From Opitutia bacterium (GTDB lineage: Bacteria; Verrucomicrobiota; Verrucomicrobiia; Opitutales; T3Sed10-336), in NCBI GenBank assembly GCA_050506795.1, contig JBJHCF010000008.1:32001-96000 (forward strand): a stretch of DNA of 64,000 bases. The letters run 5' to 3'. Position 1 is the stretch's first letter, and every line of letters begins with the position of its first letter. The position numbers and the translations under genes are program-made. The notes beneath the pieces were generated by a model, which was given only the letters and a program-made list of their open reading frames with translations, had not been told where the DNA came from and made no database searches. This document shows positions 57,931-64,000 of the stretch, piece after piece.

Positions 57931-59331
57931 ATGGCGGAAAACTCATTCGACGTCACAGTCATTGGAGCCGGTCCCGGCGGATACGTCGCGGCCATCCGCG
58001 CTTCCCAGCTCGGACTGAAAACGGCACTGGTGGAAAAGCGTGAGACCCTGGGCGGTACCTGCCTGAACATCGGCTGCATTCCCAGCAAGGCATTGCTCCA
58101 CTCGACCGAAATCTACGAATTCCTGCGGGACAAGGGCAGCGATCACGGCATCAAAACCGGATCGCTCAAGATCGACGTCGGCGCCCTAATGAAGAAAAAG
58201 GATACCGTGGTGGAAAACCTGGTCAAAGGGGTGGCCACCCTGGTTTCCAAAAAGGGGGTGACCGTCTTCCAGGGTGCCGCGCGCATCAAGGACGCAAATA
58301 CAGTGGAGGTCGACGGCAAGGACAAAACGACGATCGAAACCCGCAACATCATTCTCGCCACAGGATCGCGCGTCTCGGAACTGCCCTCTTTAGAAATCGA
58401 CGGCAAAACCGTGGTCACCAGCGACCACGCCATCGCGTTCGAGAAGGTTCCCGGCAAACTGGTGGTGGTCGGCGGAGGAGCTATCGGGCTCGAACTGGGC
58501 GCCGTCTGGTCCCGACTGGGAAGCGAGGTTACCGTGCTGGAATTCCTTCCCCGAATTGCCGTTGGGTTCGACGCCGACATTTCCAAAATGCTGGAACGGA
58601 TCCTGAAGAAGCGCGGCATGACTTTTGTCACCGGCGCCAAGGTCACCGGCGCGGAAACCAGGAAAGGCAAAGTGGTAGTCACCGCCGAAAATAACGGCGA
58701 CCAAACAACCTACGAAGCGGATAAAGTCCTGGTGGCGGTGGGCCGACGTCCCTGCACCGAAGGATTGGGACTGGAGGATGCGGGGGTGGAATTGGACGAC
58801 CGCAAGCGGGTGAAAACCGATAAACAGTTCCGCACCAGCGTCAAAAACATTTATGCCATCGGCGACATCATCGCCGGCCCCATGCTGGCGCACAAAGCCG
58901 AAGAGGAAGGCGTCGCCGTGGCTGAGATTCTCGCCGGCAAACCGGGGCACGTGAATTACGACGTTATCCCGAACGTGATTTACACCGACCCCGAAGTCGC
59001 CTCGGCCGGGTTGGGAGAAGATGCAGCCAGGGAGAAGGACATCAAGGTCAACGTGGGCAAGTTCCCGCTCAGCGCCAACGGACGCGCCCTGGCCATGGAC
59101 GCGACCGAAGGCCTGGTCAAAGTGATTGCCTGCGCCGAAACCGACCGACTCCTCGGAGTACAGATCCTGGGACGCAACGCCTCCGAGTTTGTTTCCGGCG
59201 CCGTAGCTCACATGGAATACGGCGGCAGCGCCGAGGACCTCGCGCGCACTGTCCACGCCCACCCCACAATCTCAGAAGCGCTCAAAGAGGCCGCGCTGGC
59301 GGTGGATAAGCGGGCGATTCACTCCCTTTGA
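57931..59331 (+). CDS. lpdA: Dihydrolipoyl dehydrogenase E3
   Basis: GAGPGGY, GGTCLNIGCIPSK, LAHKA, HAHPT.SE. Confidence 0.97.
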   Translation: MAENSFDVTVIGAGPGGYVAAIRASQLGLKTALVEKRETLGGTCLNIGCIPSKALLHSTEIYEFLRDKGSDHGIKTGSLKIDVGALMKKKDTVVENLVKGVATLVSKKGVTVFQGAARIKDANTVEVDGKDKTTIETRNIILATGSRVSELPSLEIDGKTVVTSDHAIAFEKVPGKLVVVGGGAIGLELGAVWSRLGSEVTVLEFLPRIAVGFDADISKMLERILKKRGMTFVTGAKVTGAETRKGKVVVTAENNGDQTTYEADKVLVAVGRRPCTEGLGLEDAGVELDDRKRVKTDKQFRTSVKNIYAIGDIIAGPMLAHKAEEEGVAVAEILAGKPGHVNYDVIPNVIYTDPEVASAGLGEDAAREKDIKVNVGKFPLSANGRALAMDATEGLVKVIACAETDRLLGVQILGRNASEFVSGAVAHMEYGGSAEDLARTVHAHPTISEALKEAALAVDKRAIHSL

Positions 59332-59367
59332 GCACCGCCATGCGCTCGGGACGATTTCCCCGGGCCC

Positions 59368-60144
59368 CTACGGCTGAAAGCGCTCGAGGTAGGGAATATT
59401 CAGTTCCGCCTCCAACTCGCGAATACGGCTCAGGACCAGGTCGGTCTGGTGGGTGAGGTCCTGTGGATTCAAGGTGGGATATAACTCCCGCAGCCATTGG
59501 TAGGCCGCTTCGTCTTCGCCCATCCGCCGCAGAAGCTGGGCATAGATCCGCGCGGCGTAAGGCGGAGGATCTTTTACCTCGGAAGCGCGCCGGTAGTACT
59601 CGGCCGCCATTTCCACGTTCTCCATTCGTCGCAGGTAGATATTGGCGATATCCACCAGAATTTCGCCCCGCTCGGGATGAAACTCGAATCCGCGGTGCAG
59701 CAGTCGAATGGCGGTTTCCGCTTGTTCGTCATGAAAACGCCGCACCACCGCATCCGGAACGTTTTCGTAACCGCCGGCGCCACGCACACGCCACACCGCC
59801 ATGTCGTAGGCAATCATGCGCGCGCCATTGAGCCAGAAGTAGACCGGCCGGGGATCGACTGTCGTCACCAGTCGGATCAAGGTTTCAGTTGCCGGGATAA
59901 CCGAGGTGTCCTGGGTTTCCCAAACCGCATTCGTCCGAATCCAAAGCAGGTCCGCCACCACCGCGCGAAACCCGCCGAGCATTCCGATGGTGATCCCCTG
60001 CCCCAGTGCCGCCTCCAAATCCTCCAGGGCCAACGCCGGTTCCCTCGCCTTCAGTTCCTCCCAGGCCGGATCGGCGACCGGCCGCAAGGCCAGTCCGGTC
60101 AAAAACAGGACAACAAAGACAACGATGATGGCTTTCCAATTCAT
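59368..60144 (-). CDS. Hypothetical TPR-like protein associated with the ABC transporter
   Basis: LGGFR.VVAD.LW; helical repeats; downstream of the ABC genes. Confidence 0.75.
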   Translation of the reverse strand: MNWKAIIVVFVVLFLTGLALRPVADPAWEELKAREPALALEDLEAALGQGITIGMLGGFRAVVADLLWIRTNAVWETQDTSVIPATETLIRLVTTVDPRPVYFWLNGARMIAYDMAVWRVRGAGGYENVPDAVVRRFHDEQAETAIRLLHRGFEFHPERGEILVDIANIYLRRMENVEMAAEYYRRASEVKDPPPYAARIYAQLLRRMGEDEAAYQWLRELYPTLNPQDLTHQTDLVLSRIRELEAELNIPYLERFQP

Positions 60145-60214
60145 GCGCGGCCTGAAGATTTCCCGGCGCCCTCATGGCGTCGAACCGGATGATGCGGCGT
60201 TGAACAGCGGAGGC

Positions 60215-61051
60215 TCATATCTCCCTCTTTCGAAAACTGAATACCGCCAGCAGGTTAAAGACGACCACGTAAACCGCGGCGTACGCGATGATGCGCAGGG
60301 TGACCATCGCCGGGATGGACTCACCCAGAGCGACCTGGTCGCCGATATTGAACATTTGAAAATTGGGGAAGACGGACGCGAGGATGAACACCGCGATCCG
60401 CACCGGAAAAAAGTCGACCTGCGTCCAGGCATCGATGGCCAGGTATTGCAGGTGACAAATCAGCAGCACCACAAAAGAGATGATCACGGAGTACAGGTTG
60501 GTATTGGAGAAGCTGGCGATCACCATGGTGATCCCGCAGAGGATGGAAAACTTCAGCCACTGCACCAGGCCATAGATAAAGATATCGCCATAGGCCACCA
60601 TGCGGCCCGTTTCAAAGGCTTCGGGATCGAGTTCCATCAAGGCGCTTTCCCTCCAGAACAGGAGCACCGTGAGGATCAAGGTCATCATGGCGGTGAATAC
60701 CAGCAGCAAAGCCGAGGTCCCGATAAACTTCCCGAAAATGAACTCCGAGCGAAACACCGGTTTCGCCAGGATGGTGATGGCCGTTTTGTTTTCAATCTCG
60801 CTGAAGAACAACTGCGCGGTCGCCACGATCGCCAGCACCGAGCCGAAGAGGACAATGGCTCCAAACCCGAAATCGGCGATGAACTTGAGTTCGGGTGCCC
60901 CGAAACTGAAATCGCGCAGGATTTGCGAACTGAGAATGATGCCGAGGGCGATCACCACCAGGAAGCTGAAAAACTTCTGCCGCACCGCCTCCAGAAAAGT
61001 GTTCTTGGCGATGACCTTGATCCGGCCGGGAGAGAAAATGACCTTGTTCAT
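60215..61051 (-). CDS. ABC transporter permease
   Basis: IA.NTF.EAVR, EIE.KT..T.L.KP..R..FI.GK, six TM segments. Confidence 0.85.
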   Translation of the reverse strand: MNKVIFSPGRIKVIAKNTFLEAVRQKFFSFLVVIALGIILSSQILRDFSFGAPELKFIADFGFGAIVLFGSVLAIVATAQLFFSEIENKTAITILAKPVFRSEFIFGKFIGTSALLLVFTAMMTLILTVLLFWRESALMELDPEAFETGRMVAYGDIFIYGLVQWLKFSILCGITMVIASFSNTNLYSVIISFVVLLICHLQYLAIDAWTQVDFFPVRIAVFILASVFPNFQMFNIGDQVALGESIPAMVTLRIIAYAAVYVVVFNLLAVFSFRKREI

Positions 61052-62001
61052 GAGTGCTGCCTGTCCTCTTTGTCGTCGCCGGATGGTTCGCGGGACTCCG
61101 GCTCCGGCTTGGCCGATTGAGCCGCCTCGGCCCGGTCAGAGAGTTTTTCCCGGGCCAGTTCCGACCGGCCCACGTGTTCGAGAAAGACGCGGTCCAAACT
61201 GTACTGCGGCTGCTCCACGGCCACCAATGTGGATTCCCTTGCCCGCAACCAACCGGCCAATTCCTCGTTGAAATCATCCCGGTAATTCTGCACCACCAGC
61301 GACCTCAGGTCTTTCTTGCTCACCAGTTCGCCCAGTTCGCCCTCCAGGATCAGTTTACCCCGGTTCAGGATAGCGATCCGGTCGCAGATATCTTCCACCT
61401 GTGCCAGCAGGTGCGAACAGAGGATAATCGTTTTCCCCTGCTCTTTCAGGTTGAGGATCAGCGATGAAATCTCCGCCGAGCCCACCGGGTCCACTCCGGC
61501 GGTGGGTTCGTCCAAAATCACCAGGCGAGGATCATGCACCAGCGCCTGGGCCAAACCGATTCGCTGCAACATGCCCTTGGAATACGTTCCGACGCGGCGA
61601 TGGGCTGCTTCCTTGAGACCGACCCACTCGATGACCTCGTGCACCCGGTCGTTGAGCTTTTTCTTGTCCACCTGGCAAATGCGTCCGAAAAACGCCACCA
61701 GTTCGTATCCGGTCAGGTAGCGGTAGAAATAAGGCGCTTCGGGCAGAAACCCGACGTCGCGCCGGGAGGAAACATCACCGCTCGGAGTTCCGAAAATCCG
61801 GCACGACCCCGAAGTCGGCGCCAGCAAACCGAGAATGACTTTGATCGTCGTGCTCTTACCCGAGCCGTTGGGACCCAGGAGGCCGAAAACCTGGTTGTCC
61901 GCGATTTCCAGGGACAAATTCTCGACCGCCCTAAGTTTCAAGTGACCAAACCCCAAAGGAAAATCCTTGGTGAGGTTCTCGATATTAATGGCTGGCGTCA
62001 T
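61048..62001 (-). CDS. ABC transporter ATP-binding protein
   Basis: GPNGSGKST, YSKGMLQR, LDEPT. Confidence 0.92.
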   Translation of the reverse strand: MTPAINIENLTKDFPLGFGHLKLRAVENLSLEIADNQVFGLLGPNGSGKSTTIKVILGLLAPTSGSCRIFGTPSGDVSSRRDVGFLPEAPYFYRYLTGYELVAFFGRICQVDKKKLNDRVHEVIEWVGLKEAAHRRVGTYSKGMLQRIGLAQALVHDPRLVILDEPTAGVDPVGSAEISSLILNLKEQGKTIILCSHLLAQVEDICDRIAILNRGKLILEGELGELVSKKDLRSLVVQNYRDDFNEELAGWLRARESTLVAVEQPQYSLDRVFLEHVGRSELAREKLSDRAEAAQSAKPEPESREPSGDDKEDRQHS

Positions 62002-62023
62002 AAAGTGTATTGGTTTGACCGCC

Positions 62024-62296
62024 TCAGCGGATGGTGAAATCGGAGCTCCCCTTCAAGTCGGACGACCGTTTCACTTCCGTATTCCGAATATAGGCCTTCA
62101 TTTTATCCTGGATGTCGGCCAAAAAGGCGTCGACCTCCGTCGTTTCACCTTCGGCCTCCATGAGAACGCGACCATCGGCCAGATTCTTGACGTAGCCGGT
62201 AACATTGAAACCTTTGGCCGCTTCCCTGACCTGATAACGAAACCCCACCCCCTGGACGTGACCGGAAAAGTGAGCAATCAGATGCGATTTTTCCAT
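62024..62296 (-). CDS. acyP: Acylphosphatase
   Basis: GHVQGVGFRY, GYVKNL.DGRV. Confidence 0.93.
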   Translation of the reverse strand: MEKSHLIAHFSGHVQGVGFRYQVREAAKGFNVTGYVKNLADGRVLMEAEGETTEVDAFLADIQDKMKAYIRNTEVKRSSDLKGSSDFTIR

Positions 62297-62374
62297 GGCG
62301 AACTGATAACAAACGTCAAAACCGGTTCGATTTCAAAGAGAAAAGCGACCAAAGTCACCTTTCGTAGCCCGGTC

Positions 62375-63634
62375 TCAGGATTCCTCGTACGCCTTGAGGA
62401 TCAAAGAAGCGTTGTGGCCCCCGAAACCGGAATTATTTGTCATAGCGACTTTCACCGGCGCAACCCGTTTTTCATTGGGAACGTAATCCAGATCCAATTC
62501 CGGATCGGGTTCATCGTAATTGATGGTGGGCGGCACTTCGCCGGTTTCGATCACCTTGGCGCACACGGCGGCTTCCACACTGCCCGCCGCGCCGAGAAGG
62601 TGACCGGTCATCGACTTGGTGGAACTCACCATCAATTTATAGGCGTGGTCTCCAAACGCCTTTTTCATCGCGAAGGTCTCACACTTGTCGTTGAAATAAG
62701 TGGAAGTGCCGTGCGCGTTGACGTAATCCACCTCTTCGGCCCGTATGCCGGCACTCTTCAGCGCCTTGACAATACACTCGGTCAAAGCGGTGGAGTCGTT
62801 GTCCGGTTGGGTGATGTGAAAAGCGTCGCAAGTCGCGGCGTATCCGGAGAGCTCGCAATAGATTCGCGCACCGCGAGCCCGGGCGTGTTCCAGAGTTTCC
62901 AGAACAAAAACCCCCGCACCCTCGCCCATGACAAAACCGTCGCGTGACTTTTCGAACGGCCGGCTGGCGCCCTGGGGGTCGTCGTTGCGGGTGCTCATCG
63001 CCTTCATGGAACAGAAACCGGCGTAACCGAGCCGCGTTATGGCGGCTTCGCTTCCGCCCGCGATCATGACATCGGCATCACCGGTTCGCATGATTCGCCA
63101 GGACTCCCCCAACGCGTGAGTGGACGTCGCGCAAGCGCTGACCACCGCGAAGTTCGGTCCCCGCGCGCCCAGCTCAATGGCGAGGCGTCCGCTGGCGATA
63201 TTGGCGATCAGGGAAGGAATCATGAACGGTGAAACCCGCCGCGGTCCCTTCTCGAAAAGCACCTGTGCCTGCGTTTCGATCGTCCACATCCCGCCGATCC
63301 CGGACCCGACCAGCACACCGCAGCGTTCCGGATCCACCAAATCCATTTTTAGACCGGCATCCGCCACCGCCTGCAACCCGGCCCCCACTGCCAGTTGCGT
63401 GTAGCGGTCGTTGCGCCGGACCTCTTTCGGATCCATAAAGGACGAAGGATCAAAATCCTTGATCTCGGCGCCGATCTTGGAAGCGATATCGGTAACATCA
63501 AAACTGGTGATGTGATCGATTCCGCTTTTGCCCGCGAGGAGATTGTCAAAAAAAACACCGGTATCGTGACCGTTGGAGGCTATCACTCCAATGCCGGTAA
63601 CAACAATACGGGGAGGCACGTAGGGATCGGGCAT
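62375..63634 (-). CDS. fabF: 3-oxoacyl-ACP synthase II
   Basis: VVTGIG, SACAT, SRPF...RDGFVMGEG, NAHGTST, GHLLGAAG, GFGGHN. Confidence 0.96.
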   Translation of the reverse strand: MPDPYVPPRIVVTGIGVIASNGHDTGVFFDNLLAGKSGIDHITSFDVTDIASKIGAEIKDFDPSSFMDPKEVRRNDRYTQLAVGAGLQAVADAGLKMDLVDPERCGVLVGSGIGGMWTIETQAQVLFEKGPRRVSPFMIPSLIANIASGRLAIELGARGPNFAVVSACATSTHALGESWRIMRTGDADVMIAGGSEAAITRLGYAGFCSMKAMSTRNDDPQGASRPFEKSRDGFVMGEGAGVFVLETLEHARARGARIYCELSGYAATCDAFHITQPDNDSTALTECIVKALKSAGIRAEEVDYVNAHGTSTYFNDKCETFAMKKAFGDHAYKLMVSSTKSMTGHLLGAAGSVEAAVCAKVIETGEVPPTINYDEPDPELDLDYVPNEKRVAPVKVAMTNNSGFGGHNASLILKAYEES

Positions 63635-63666
63635 CTCGAATACCTGAAAACCAAAAGGATGGATCT

Positions 63667-63693
63667 AAAAACCGCGCCACTCAAGAGGCGCGG
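63667..63693 (-). terminator. Hairpin/terminator between acpP and fabF
   Basis: CCGCGCC-loop-GGCGCGG followed by a T-tract on the minus strand. Confidence 0.55.
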
Positions 63694-63721
63694 CCCATGG
63701 TGAAAGTGAGGCCTACCCCAA

Positions 63722-63988
63722 TCAGGAGGAGGAGGCGGTTTTCTCCTCGATGTAGCTGATAACGTCTTTAACGGTCTGCAGCTTTTCAGCGTCGGATTCT
63801 GGAATCTCGCCCTTGATCTCGTCCTTGAATTCCTCTTCGAAGGCCATGATGAGTTCCACCGTGTCCAGGGAATCGGCGCCGAGGTCATCCAGGAAGGATG
63901 CTTCCGGAGTAACTTGATCTTCGTTAACATTCAGCTGGTTAACGATAATCTCTTTAACGCGCTGCTCTATGGTTTTTGAGTCTGCCAT
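63722..63988 (-). CDS. acpP: Acyl carrier protein
   Basis: [13 protein letters not shown]. Confidence 0.97.
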   Translation of the reverse strand: MADSKTIEQRVKEIIVNQLNVNEDQVTPEASFLDDLGADSLDTVELIMAFEEEFKDEIKGEIPESDAEKLQTVKDVISYIEEKTASSS

Positions 63989-64000
63989 GATATGTGGTTG

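Noticed and set aside
1..64000. rRNA, tRNA, transposase or prophage genes
   Set aside because: None recognised by eye; a covariance-model search would be needed to exclude small RNAs

Overview
GC-rich bacterial DNA, most likely Verrucomicrobiota (Opitutae-like). This is inferred from the ACP 'KDEIKGEIP' insert and the gene content, not from a database match. About 1-46.6 kb is an accessory stress/arsenic/phosphate island and about 46.8-64 kb is housekeeping DNA (dUTPase, murA, ruvB, sucAB-lpdA, ABC transporter, fabF, acpP). The best candidate for an undescribed system is the operon at 829-4046. It encodes DoxX, a 117-aa peptide with a leader and 30 consecutive Glu-Ala/Glu-Gly dipeptides, and a tubulin-tyrosine-ligase (TTLL)-type ATP-grasp enzyme fused to a PqqD/RRE domain, i.e. 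a putative tubulin-tail-like (poly)glutamylated RiPP. Reading the intergenic DNA reveals 16 exact copies of an ECF-sigma-type promoter, G(G/A)AAT-N16-CGTC. Fifteen of them lie just upstream of, and point at, island ORFs: this operon, glutamate-metabolism genes, CxxC redox proteins, pstS, an arsM-like gene, a TIGR04282-like glycosyltransferase and an unannotated 54-aa secreted His/Arg-rich peptide. The island also holds a full ars operon, toxin-antitoxin pairs, GTAG-type REP palindromes, diverged fragments of its own genes, and a protein-glutaminase-like/M20 amidohydrolase fusion. All family calls come from motif recognition by eye; no searches were run.
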